From Podarcis liolepis (lineage: Eukaryota), in the NCBI GenBank assembly GCA_965112155.1, contig OZ218102.1: 64,000 bases of DNA; one strand, given 5' to 3'. The notes beneath the pieces were generated by a model. The model had not been told where the DNA came from. It ran no database searches and saw nothing but the letters and a program-made list of their open reading frames with translations. A program made the translations under genes and the position numbers. Positions 25,593 through 37,509 of this stretch are shown piece by piece. Each line of letters begins with the position of its first letter. Positions within the stretch are counted from its first letter, which is position 1.

Positions 25593-26295
25593 TGTTAACT
25601 TCTCTAAGGAATCAAACCAGGAAGTGTCTCTATTTGAGAAGCTTTAACTCCTCAAAGACAGAGAGTATACTTAAGGCTGGGGAATAGCTCCAGTATGACT
25701 TTCAGCACACTTGCAAGCAGTCCATTTCTGTTGAGGTTGGTTTGTGGTGGGCTAAAGAGAAGCTGGTTGGTGACTGGGACACTCAGCTGCTGTTTTGTTC
25801 TTGGCTGTTTTACTTGGATCGCAACAGGATTTTAGAGAGGCATTTTTGTGTTTGTGTTTTAATCTGTTGTTATTCGCTCTGCCATGTTGGGATGGGGCAT
25901 GCTGTGAATTCAGCTAAATTGGTGTATAATTTCCAACTGTTTTAAGAATGATGTAATGTTTAGCCTGCACTTGATGGCTTTAGGGATGATTCCCATGGAA
26001 TCATCAGAATTCTCCATGCAACTTTCTCAGAGGGAAATCTGTGATGTGAGGCTGAATTCTCAAGATAGGTCCTGGAATTGATTTGGTCGGTTGGCTGACC
26101 CACGCTGGTGAAGTTTGCACACAAGTATGCATGCACCACAACAAGTCTAAAAAGTGTGCTACTCAGAATGTTACAGTGGCAACCAGTTGATGGTGCTCTG
26201 AGCTTGTTGCCAACTGGTGTCATTAAGTCTCCCCAGTGCTATCTTTATAGAAAAAGGTGCCGGAACTCACCATGAACACCTCTTGTCCCTTTATA

Positions 26296-26537
26296 CAGTG
26301 GTACCTCAGGTTAAGTACTTAATTCGTTCCGAAGGTCTGTTCTTAACCTGAAACTGTTCTTAACCTGAAGCACCACTTTAGCTAATGGGGCCTCCTGCTG
26401 CTGCTGCGCCGCTGGAGTCCGATTTCTGTTCTTATCCTGAAGCAAAGTTCTTAACCTGAAGCACTATTTCTGGGTTAGCGGAGTGTGTAACCTGAAGCGT
26501 ATGTAACCTGAAACGTATGTAACCCGAGGTACCACTG
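26296..26537 (+). mobile_element. Tc1/mariner MITE family A copy 3
   Basis: TA TSD, TIR CAGTGGTACCTC, full length. Confidence 0.93.
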
Positions 26538-27487
26538 TAATGGCAGTGGAACCCACCTCTGAGTTCCCTGAATTCTGGCTGAAAAAAGCCCTGTCTCTCT
26601 ACCTTGGAACAGATGAATGAGTGACACTTTGTGCAGCCAGCCTTGTTAGGTAGGGCAGCCACCTAGATGGGGTATTTTGGTGGGCAGGCACAATGCAGCA
26701 ACCAATCTCCCCCCCCCCCCCAACACACATGAAGAAGATGTGAAGGTCAGACCAGGGAAAGCAAAAGGCAGTGATCTTTCCCTCACTCCTCCATGCAGAG
26801 AGATCCCTAGGATTTCCAGACTCAAAGGCTTGCCTTTGCCTATAGCTACAGGCCTCTTTCATGGATCTGCATGTATGTACTAAATATATAATTGACACAA
26901 CCAGCTTTGGCAGTGCAGTACTTACTACCTTTTAAAGGGAAGAGGGGAAAGGAAACTGGATTTGGAGCTCTTTAAATAAGATATAACTACAGTACTCTCA
27001 CACCTGATGATGCTGATTGCCTGTTCAAAGTTGCACCTGTAGACTTAAATAATCCCCTGGGTGTTTGCGCAACCCCAGATGCTGAATGCAAGGTACTTGA
27101 CTGTGTATGGATGACCCAATGCTGACTTCCCTTGTTGGATCATGATATCCCAATTAAAATGAATTAACTGACAATCTCAAGGTGAGTCTAGACATTCAAC
27201 CAGCATTTGTTTCATGAAAATGAATGTTTATTATAGCTTGCTAGACTGGATTCTAACCTGGTGTCTGTAAACAGGTTAGCTAACTTGCAACTGACTTCAT
27301 AACAAGACAGAACAACTAATCATTGACTAGACAAGATCTAAGGCTTATCTACACAGGATTTGGCATGATAAATGTGACAGGGAGGGGCACCTGCCCTGTA
27401 CCTGTGCTGCCTTAGCTGTAGCATCAGATGTGGGGGGTAAAGCATTAAGTTGTGCCTGAGCTTTCTTTTGCCCTCATCTCTCTTTGA

Positions 27488-27600
27488 ATGAATGCTGGAA
27501 GATTCAGAACAGACAAAAGAAAGTTCTTCACGCAGTGTACAGTTAAACTACAATTCACTCCCACAAGATGTAGTGATGACCCCAATTCAGATGGCTTTAA
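27488..27600 (+). mobile_element. CR1 LINE ORF2 C-terminal fragment
   Basis: GRFRTDKRKFFTQ..VKL matches the CR1 ORF2 end (FRTDKRKYFFTQRIVKLWNSLP), then frameshifts. Confidence 0.8.
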
Positions 27601-28384
27601 GCACAGGTGCGCCATCAAGAGTGCTTTAGGGCTGATCCTCTTCATGTCAGCCATAGTCATGGCAGAAACCACATTCCCAGAATCCAGGCTTCCTGGCAGT
27701 AGAGGAGGTGTATCCATCATGGCATGAAGAAAGCCACACCTCTTTGTCCTAGTGCTCTCAGCTTGCCTCTGCTATCGCTTCACAGCCGAGGCAACTGTGG
27801 CACCCTTGTTTCTATTAATGCATGTTCTGCATTCCCATGAGTCGTGAGGGTGGCCTGCTGATTGGCCCAGACAGGCACACTGTCATGGGACCACCATTAA
27901 GTTGTGGATTTCTAACTAGAAGTGTGATATTGCTGTGGAATAAGAGTAATCATTTTGTGATGGGTCAGGGAAAGTAAAAAGTCTTTAACTGAAGTAAGTG
28001 TTTGTATAGATGTTCAGCTGACCAACCCGTTATAATGTATGTCACTGGGCTGGTTCAGATGCTTGAAATTCCCCCATGGAAAATAGCCTTGAATGCAGAG
28101 AAAAGGTAGCACCTGCCTTATTCCACCCTGGGTGCATATACCACTAGCCACATGAGCAAAGCAGTGTGTTTTCCAGCTGCGGTGCTTGCATCTATTATCC
28201 TCAGGAAGCACTGTAAATCGTGGCTGTACCAGAACGGATGCTAACTTCCTTAATGCAGCTGTGCCTATGTGGGCATTTCACATGGAGGAATTTCAAGCAT
28301 CTGAACCAGTCCCTGTGTGACTTTACAGTGGATGCAAGTCCTTAAGCTACAACCCTGAAGGCTATTTATGTACATGCAGTCCAT

Positions 28385-28721
28385 GAGACTCTTGAGAGTC
28401 CCATGGACTGCAAGAAGATCAAACCTATCCATTCTTAAGGAAATCAGCCCTGAGTTCTCACTGGAAGGACAGATCGTGAAGCTGAGGCTCCAATACTTTG
28501 GCCACCTCATGAGAAGAGAAGACCCCCTGGAAAAGACCCTGATGTTGGGAAAGACTGAGGGCACAAGGAGAAGGGGACGACAGAGGATGAGATGGCTGCA
28601 TACTGTTCTTGAAGCTACCAGCATGAGTTTGACCAAACTGCGGGAGGCAGTGGAAGACAGGAGTGCCTGGCGTGCTCTGGTCCATGGGGTCACGAAGAGT
28701 CAGACACGACTAAACAACAAC
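28385..28721 (+). mobile_element. BovB (RTE) LINE, 5'-truncated 3' end
   Basis: RLLRVPWTARRSNLSILKEISPEFSLEGQIVKLRLQYFGHLMRREDPLEKTLMLGK..GRQRMRW..WRALVHGVTKSQTRL is hallmark BovB; (CAA)n tail. Confidence 0.95.
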
Positions 28722-31700
28722 ATGTCCTGCTTGGGTTAAGTTCTTTGAGACGGCACAACTGCTTTGTAAAAAGAGAGGCTCAGTACCTTTTTTGCAAGAG
28801 ATCTTTCAGAGCGATAGTGATAAGCACAACTGTGCAACGAAATGTGTTGAGATGGTATCTGCAGATAGAAGCTTTTACTGGTTTGTGACAAGCCACATCC
28901 AGCTCTTGGATGGAGCCACAAATAGATGCATCCAGACCATGCCCTCTCATGGGACCAGTGAGCCAAACCACCTTGTATTTTGTGTGGTATCTGGTCAGTC
29001 CTTCAGGGAACCCACTAAGCCCCAGCATGTGAATGACGTCTCTGCCCCTAGTGATGGTTCAGAGAGGCCACATTTGGCAGCAGTGTCCATGATCTCCGCA
29101 CTACACTCAATGCACCTTCTTGCCATTTCCCATAATATGGGGCAGTGTAGTAAATTAGACAGGCCATGTAGTCCTAACAATATATATTCAGTTTTGTTGC
29201 TTAAGGTTACTGTTTTATATATACCGACTTGTCCAATATCAGCTAAAAAGCTACAGGACTGAACAGAGATCTGAATCTGAGTCTCCTTCAGCTAAGACCA
29301 GCCTGTTATCCACAGAAATCAGTGAATACCATTTCACTGAGCCAGCCTCTGTATGTAAATTCTGCTTGTGAAAATGTCTAGGTTGAAAAGATGAAACAAA
29401 GATGTGCCTTGTGGTGAAGGTGAGGAGTTGGGGCAACACCTGGGATCTTGGAAGTAAGTGTGCTGGAAAAGAAGGCAAAACAAGGGTGTGCTCTTCCCTA
29501 AGGAGGAAGCAAGGTGATTCATATCAAGCATCTAAAATTGCTCATGCAACTGGCATGTTATTTGCCTAGTTTGGAATGCTGAATTGTCATCTGTCATACA
29601 ATGGGTATACAGACGAGACCAGTCAGTTAAGTAAAGCTGTCAGATTAAGGAGCTGTAATGGCATTATAATCATTTTGTGTGCAAATTACTTGAGTAACTG
29701 CTCCTTGGGCTTATAATTCATGCATAAAACACTGGTCCAGTCCATTCAGCCTTCTGTTCACAACATGGTTAGTTATTTGTTGCAGTTAAGTTTGTTGGCT
29801 GCTTGTGTGTGACTGTCTTGAGACATTGAAGTGCTCTTTGGTTATTGAATCTGTATTGGTCTGTTTGTCCACGTAATAACTCACGTAGAGGAGCAGGATT
29901 AAAGGGAACAATTTGTCCAGTGGATCCCATTGCCATCCACAAAACAGGGATGTTCCAGATGACCTGCTTATTCAGGCATCCTGAATTGCTTACACAAAGT
30001 TTACAGTGTGTACATGGCTAAAATGAAGGAATGCCTTCTTCCCTCTAAACCTGTCTGATTAAAATGGTTATGAAGCTGATGACTGGGGACTAGGCATGGA
30101 TCAGTCCCAAATCACTTTGTGCCATTTCTGTGTGTATGTGTTTTAAAGTCTGCTTCATTCTGTTAATACAGTAAAGTGTGGACTTAAAAAACAACAACTC
30201 TGCAATGTATAAACTTAGCTGTTTGCTCAGTGAAGTGGTCCACATAAAACTTTTGTTGTTAAAAACAGATAGTACCCACCTGGAGCAGCTACAAAAGTGC
30301 AGCTCAAAAATGGGACTGTAAATGCACCTGGGACCAATTGTGTGTGGTGATGTGTTGTTTCTCTCTGGGATATTGTATTGTGGGGGAAGTCATGCTTTTC
30401 TGCCCCTGGATCCGCAGGGACAGCTATATTCCATCCCACCCTGTACAATCTCCCTGAGAGCAGCAGCACATGACATTGTTCTTAAGGCATTCTTAGCCCT
30501 TGTTTTCAAACCTCACAGCAGGAGCCGAACCCTGTAGCTGTTTTTAAAGGGGAGGATTTTCAACAAAGCCCTTAGACCACCTCGTAGTATTCATTATGGG
30601 TCTTGGATTCCAAAGAAAACCATGATCCAACCCATGCAGAAATCCAGGAGGTGCTGTTTTTGGATTGTAAGCATCCTTAAGGGCCTTTCAAGGTGGAGAG
30701 TCGGGTTTTGAATATGTCAAATAATATTTCTGAATTGGGAACACCTGTTGAAGCTAAGCGGGTGCAAATCTGGTCAGTGCTTAGGTGGCCCCTGTAAACT
30801 GCCTTGAGGCAGCAATTCTATGCACACTTACCAGAGAGTAAGCCCCACTGAATACTTACAGGACTTGCTTCCAAGTAAATATGCATAGGATTGGGTTGCA
30901 GGAGCCACAGGCTATAAATATGACAATGAAAGTTTAGCAGTGGAAAGAAAAGGTCTGCTGAGTATCAGCATCATGGGAAAATTGTGAGTGTTTGATCTAA
31001 TATTCTAAACATGAAGGGTCAGTGTCTACAGAAATAGATTCCCTCCCTTCCCCCACCCCTGACCTCTTGCCTTTATGGGCAGGATTCCACCGAAAGCACA
31101 TCTGATGATGGTTTGGGATATGGCAGCATAATAATACTATCCAATTACAAACAATTCTGCCTAAAGGCAAATATTCCAATCTTATGGGATCGGACTGTGA
31201 TTCCCATGAAGCAAACATATCAGGCTACTTACGCTGCATAAAGTTAATTTATCTAGGTCAGACTTTTAAAAATTGATGCTTACCAGAGGCCGTCTACCAA
31301 TTGTGTCTTATATGTGTTCTTCCTTCAGAAGACGACTAGTGTAGGTTTTGTGGCCTTAAAATTTAGTGTAGGGCAACACTAAAGTCATTTAACTTGTAGC
31401 TTAAAGGATCTAGCAGCAAAATTTCCCCCTCCAACTACCTCCCACTCCAGTGCAAGCATTTGTTAGTGTACTTCATGGGGAACACTGAAAAACTCCCAGG
31501 TTATTGGGGGTGATTTCAACAAACACTGAAACAGGAAGCCATACTTCCTTTTGGAGGGGATTTTTATGTAGTGTTGAACAAGGGAGTTTGGGGCCTGTAA
31601 GAGACATGCATAGAATCTGAGAAACTGTACTTCCTAGAGTTTGGATTCAAAGGGTCTTTTTTCCTTTCTTTTTTGGTTAGGATCCTTTCCTGGTTTAAGG

Positions 31701-31782
31701 CACACTGGGAAATGGGAGGGGAGATAATAAGGCTTCAGCCCTAAACCCACTTGCCTGGGAGTAAGCCTGACTGAGCTCAGTG

Positions 31783-31929
31783 CAGTGGCGTAGCGTGGGG
31801 GGTGCAGGGGGGGCCGGCCGCACCGGGCGCAACATCTGGAGGTTAGGGTTAGGGGGCGCAAATCCACAGGTTAGGGGGCGCAAATTACTTGCCTTGCCCC
31901 GGGTGCTGACAACCCACGCTACGCCACTG
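31783..31929. mobile_element. GC-rich hAT MITE with intact 8-bp TSD
   Basis: 17-bp TIR CAGTGGCGTAGCGTGGG / CCCACGCTACGCCACTG; TSD gctcagtg at 31775-31782 and 31930-31937. Confidence 0.95.
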
Positions 31930-32101
31930 GCTCAGTGGGACTTGCTATTTATCAGATTGCACTGAGAGTGGAGGGAGCAACCCGTGATGTAACTGTAGCA
32001 GGCGGAGCTTAATTTGGACCTGGACTGAGGCTCACTTGGACTCAGCCTTAGAATGTGTTTTGAAATCCTGCAACATGTAAATTAATGACAAGTGCATTGG
32101 A

Positions 32102-32532
32102 GGCTGCATTCAGACGGAACTTTGTTTCATTTTCACAATGCTTCCTTAGCTGATAATTTCCACGTGTTAAGTGATCTTTCACACGATGTAAAAGCCACTT
32201 CTGGCAAACTAGCGGAATCTAGTGGAAGTTCAGCACCTATGTCTGTGTTAATTTGCTTCCAGAAGAAATTTGTTTGCAACCCCATTAACTCCAAAAGTCA
32301 TTGGAACTTTGCCTTGTAATTTCACGTGATGACCTTTCAGATGGTATTCCAGCATACCGTTCTTTCCCAGCATTTAAAATTTGGAACAACACGGTGGTGT
32401 ATTAGTCTAACAGCCACAGCTCCATAGCACAACAGGCAATTCAGTGTAAAATGAACATTAGAATCCTGGATAGAAGCCCTAGCCCTATAGTTAGGAGAAT
32501 CAGTTCAATAATTCCCATGTCTGAATGCACCC
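32102..32532. mobile_element. Probable PIF/Harbinger-like non-autonomous element
   Basis: Termini ggctgcattcagac / gtctgaatgcaccc, followed by TTA on the right; left TSD not matched. Confidence 0.5.
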
Positions 32533-33475
32533 TTAGTCAAGCAGCTCTTAAACACTGGCCATCGCTGTATCTTGCAAGTAAGCTTGAAGCTTCCCTTCTC
32601 TATCCAGGACTTAAGTACTTGTAGTGAAACCACTTGTCCTAGATACCCTAGCTTTAAACCTCTATAGTATTAATGGAACAGACAGATGAGTAGATGTATG
32701 AGGTTCTTGCTATGTTCTCAAAGAGCATGTATTTTAACTGTCTTCAAACAAACGCACGGATATGTATAAGGCCACTTCTTGAATGACTGTTGCATGTGGA
32801 CTGGGCCTGCCTGCCATATGGCAGAGTGGGGCGACTGCCTCAGGCAGCAGATGCTGAGTGGCAGGGAAGTGTTGGAGGACGGAATCTGTGTGTGCCACGC
32901 AATCTTTGCTGTGCCCTGTGTGACATCCTGCTGCCCTCAGGTGTGGTGAAGGATGCTGTTCTGCCCGTGGTTTTGAAAACAAGTTTCAGCTGCTATCCTG
33001 GTCATTATCTGCACATGGAATGGGAGGGGCAGTACTGTCTTGACCTTTGCCTCAGGTAGCAAAATGTCCTGCTACAGCCTTGTCTGTGGAATCGATATGC
33101 TTGTTTTCATGGTCCCGGCAGCTTACTGATTTTTAATTCTGTGTAGGGCATGACTACTCTATCTTCTTTGCATTCTTTGAACAACAAGGGATTTGAGTGC
33201 ACGAGAATTAATGGATTTCTTTTCTTGTTCTGAAACTTTTGTGGATGTGACTTTTTAGCTAGTGAGTATAATCTATATACAGTAGCCGATTCCCTCCACC
33301 CACCCTCCCTCCCTCCACCACCCTCTTAAAAGACAAAGATCCTATAGCACACACTTTGTAGGTCATAATGATGACCCTGTTCGGTTGCAACGATGGAAGT
33401 TTTGCTGGCCTGCTTCTGTAAGGTGTAATCAGTTTGCAACATACTGATTCTTTGCCACCCTCTAGCACACTGTCT

Positions 33476-33808
33476 AAAGGGACTTGCCTAGGACTTGCCG
33501 ATCAGAAGGTCGGCAGTTCGAATCCCCGTGATGGGGTGAGCTCCCGTTGCTCAGTCCCTGCTCCTGCCAACCTAGCAGTTTGAAAGCATGTCAAAGTGCA
33601 AGTAGATAAATAGGTACCGCTCCGGCAGGAAGGTAAACGGTGTTTCCGTGCGCTGCTCTGGTTCGCCAGAAGTGGCTTAGTCATGCTGGCCACATGACCC
33701 GGAAGCTGTACACTGGCTCCCTCGGCCAATAAAGCGAGATGAGCACTGCAACCCCAGAGTCGTCCACGACTGGACCTAATGGTCAGGGGTCCCTTTACCC
33801 TATACCTT
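33476..33808 (+). mobile_element. Sauria SINE (5'-truncated) with 13-bp TSD
   Basis: B-box gttcgaatcc, Sauria core aagtgcaagtagataaataggtacc, (ACCTTT)-type tail; TSD tagcacactgtct at 33463-33475 and 33809-33821. Confidence 0.93.
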
Positions 33809-35600
33809 TAGCACACTGTCTTCCAGATGTTTTTGACTACAACTGCCATCAGCCTCAACCAGCACACTTGTAGCCCAGAACTATCAACTGTTAGGGGACC
33901 AGGTTGGCAAGTGCTGCTGTAGCAGAGAAGCAGAAGCTGAAGAAATGGCTTTGCAAACAGGGAGATATATTGACTTGTGCTTTCTCCTCTTGCCTCTGAC
34001 CAGTTCTTGGGTTGGAATGTGTCTGGCCGCTCATGGAAGTCTGTGTCCCTGAAAGGCTGCTCACCAGCCTGTTGAGGCAAGCCCTTCTGCCCTCCCAGCT
34101 GTGCTGTGGATTGGTGAGGAAGTGGCAGAGGCAGTAACAAAGATACCAGGTTTGTGGTAAATAGATGTAAAGAAGAAAGAAATGAGTCACAACTTGGACC
34201 AGCTCAGTGTTTCCGCATTACAGCCAGTATTCTATTCACTAGTGGATTTCTTGTCCACCTTCCCTTGGTTTTTTTTGCATATAAAAACCTACTTCACATG
34301 AACTGCTAGCATGCCAGGAAGAAGGGTAATTTATAGCCCTTCTCTCTGATATGCTTGTGTTATTCTACATGCTAAAGGATGCCTTTTTACACATGGGGAA
34401 GCATCTAACAATTGTCCATCAGTTGGCTAGCCAGTTCCAATGTGCTATTTTGGCCTATTAATTTTCCATTAGCTCTTGGTTACTTACCATTAGGAGAGGT
34501 TCTGAGCACAATGACAAGATATTGCCTTATTCTTCTCCACTGCAGCTGTGGAGTTTGAAGTTTCACATTGGATGGATCATGTGTGTTGGCAATGATGGGT
34601 CTCAAAATATACAGATCATCAAGCCACTAGAGGCAGCAGCCTTCCCCAATGTGATGCCCTAGACTATAACTCCCATTATCCTTTGCCACTGGCCATACTG
34701 GTTGTAGTTAGCAGTATCTGGTAGGCACCAGTCTGGGAAGGCTTGTGTTACAAGGGTATCTCTTGAAGCTAATAGGTTATGTGAGATCTGTAGCCTGAGA
34801 AGAATATTAAGACGAACATGACTGAAGGTCTTGTGTGACAGGCCAAAAACTGCATTGTGTGGATCACAATTGGAGACTGTTTTGCCCTTTGTATGTTGTA
34901 CTGCCCTGCTTCCTCATTTCCTACCAAACTGTGTGTATTCAGGACATTGTTCTTATGAGAGGAAGTGTTTCCACAACATTGGCAATTCTATGATGTGCTG
35001 ATTTGCTTTCTTCGGTTTTCAGTGCTGTTATTTACGCCTTCCTCCAGTTTTCTAACATGCCCCCTTGAGACTTCTAAAAGACCCCAGAAGTCATTTTGAG
35101 AGAACAATTAATAGATTCCAGAAAGTGTTCTTTTTAATATGAGAAAGGGGTGGGGTGGGGGAGAGAGAGCCTGATAACAATCTAATTTTCAGCTGTATCC
35201 TTTTTTTCATAATTTCCTGCATTATAAAATTTTGGGCGGAAGGGCTGGGAAGTAACTGGAGATCTTTTATTCAGTCCAACGCTTTGAAGAATCCTGACTT
35301 ACTCCACAGACAATCATAACTTACGGGTTTTCCCATATCAACTAGACTCTGGTTGCTGGGGTATAATGTGCTATATAATTGGAAGGAATAAGTTCAACAG
35401 AATTCACCTTGCTGAAGATATTTGTAGACAAGCAAAGCCTAGCTAGGATGGCATGATCTCTCTGTCAAACCGGCCTCACAGAGTTCTTGTTGAGGATAAA
35501 AAGCAACTCAGGGTGATAACAGGCATGGAGATAATTTTGAAATCCTTGGAGAAAAGGTAGGATATAAATGTAATAAATACTGGTAATGTGATGACCAGTA

Positions 35601-35842
35601 CAGTGGTACCTCGGGTTAAGTACTTAATTCGTTCCGGAGGTCCGTACTTAACCTGAAACTGTTCTTAACCTGAAGCACCACTTTAGCTAATGGGGCCTCC
35701 TGTTGCTGCTGCACCGCCGGAGCACGATTTCTGTTCTCATCCTGAATCAAAGTTCTTAACCCGAAGTACTATTTCCGGGTTAGCGGAGTCTGTAACCTGA
35801 AGCGTATGTAACGTGAAGCGTATGTAACCCGAGGTACCACTG
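35601..35842 (+). mobile_element. Tc1/mariner MITE family A copy 4
   Basis: TA TSD, perfect TIR CAGTGGTACCTCGGGTTA. Confidence 0.95.
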
Positions 35843-37334
35843 TAACTAACTAGGCATAATGGGCAGGAATGAATATACCCCTCATTTTCTACATCTACAA
35901 TGAACTTCACTTGGAACTAAATGAGAGGCATATGTGCTTATTAAACATGCAATTGCTCTTCTGTCAAAACAAGCATACTAGGGATGGAATGAAATATTTC
36001 CCTTTCCACATGCCACTGCTTTTAAGATGGTTCCCCCCCACCCCCAGCTTGGTCAAAAATCAAAAGTGAGCATGGTCCAGCAAAGGGGTGTGGGGATGTC
36101 TTAAAGCAGAGGAGCATGGGGGGGGGTGTAACCCCAGATGTTATTCAGATCTCAATTGTTCTGATTAATGATAATAGTCTGCATAGTGTTAAAAGTTCCT
36201 GTTTTATAACTGAACCAGCAAACACACATTTAATAAACATATGGAGGTCAGTTTGATCCTTTAATACCAGATATTTGCACCATTGCCATCATCACCATCA
36301 GTGCTTAAATGTAAAGATTTCCATCAAATCGCATGATATATTTATAAAAGGTCACATTTAAGATATTCTTTTGCCTTCTGGTGTAACATGAGGTTTCAAA
36401 GCCTAAAGCTAACATGCTCATCAGAACCAATATGATACTTTTTGCCAGAACTGCTCCGCTTCTGCCCAGGTGGCACCGAGCACAATCTGATCATGAAGGT
36501 AGCAACCCACAGGCTCTAGTCTGTTCCAAGCAGAATGTACTGTTTTCAGCGATGCAGTATAATGATTAAGAAAGCTGTGAGCCAGGAAGTCCCAAATACA
36601 AATCTTGCTGCTGCCATAATCACGCTTGCCTAGGTCAGGAATGGGGAACATGCTGCCCTTCAGATGTGGCTGGACGGCAGTTCCCATCTGTCCCTGACAG
36701 TATGGTCAGTGGTCAGGGCAGAATAGCCATGTTATTCTTGGCCTCAGTCCATTTCATATGTCATATGGGTAGACATTGCATAGCTTCAATGGCCTATTTA
36801 CTACAAAATGTGGGGGAGCATGGCATGATATTGGCTATGATACCAAGCTGAACTTCAAAGAGGCTTGGAAAGCGGTGAGGCAACTTGCTGCTTTCATAGT
36901 CTGGGAGAGTCCCTGCCTCTCCTTCAGGCTGAGGACAAGGATGGGGAAATCCCCTAGCCTCACACTGACTTTGGAAGGGCTTAAATGGCTGCCAGATGTC
37001 TTGCACTTTCACAGCTTCTTGGAGATTCCTTGCAAGATTTGGGGGATTCCCTGTTCTGCTCTCAAGCCCAGGGTGGTTTCTGAGCCTTTCCAAAACACCC
37101 AGGCTTCTGGTAAGTGTGGATTGCCTTACTGTAACAGGGCAATCCGACCTCTCGGACCAAGTGGGCTGCAAAAATACTTCAACACAGAATCCATGGGCCA
37201 CACACTGAATTAAATTAAGGTGTCCTCCCCCCCCCCAAGTACACTACAGGGCAGTGTGGCCTGTAGCCCCCTCCCCAGTCTCTCATTCGCCCATCTGTGG
37301 TCCTCCAGATACAGAGGTATTTGGACAGGGACTC

Positions 37335-37509
37335 CCCATCATGGAGGCAGTAATGCTCCTGAATACCAGTTGGGGGAAACCACAGGAGGGGTGCTCTTGT
37401 GCTCCAGTCTTGCTTGTGGGTTTCCCACAGGCCTCTGGGTGACCACTGTGAGAACAGGACTAGATGGGCCATTGGCCTGATCCAGCAGGTAGCTTCTTAT
37501 GTTCTTATG
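37335..37509 (+). mobile_element. CR1-like 3'UTR fragment
   Basis: ggactagatgggccattggcctgatccagcagg followed by a (cttatgtt)n tail. Confidence 0.7.

Noticed and set aside
26296-26537. Regularly spaced TAACCTGAA repeats resembling a CRISPR or iteron array
   Set aside because: Internal to a TIR/TA-flanked MITE in a vertebrate genome; spacers are the same between copies and there are no cas genes.
28265-28739. 123-aa and 142-aa ORFs as host genes
   Set aside because: Sense and antisense readings of a truncated BovB LINE.
36776-37213. Overlapping 145-aa and 135-aa ORFs on both strands
   Set aside because: No recognisable homology or exon boundaries; consistent with chance.
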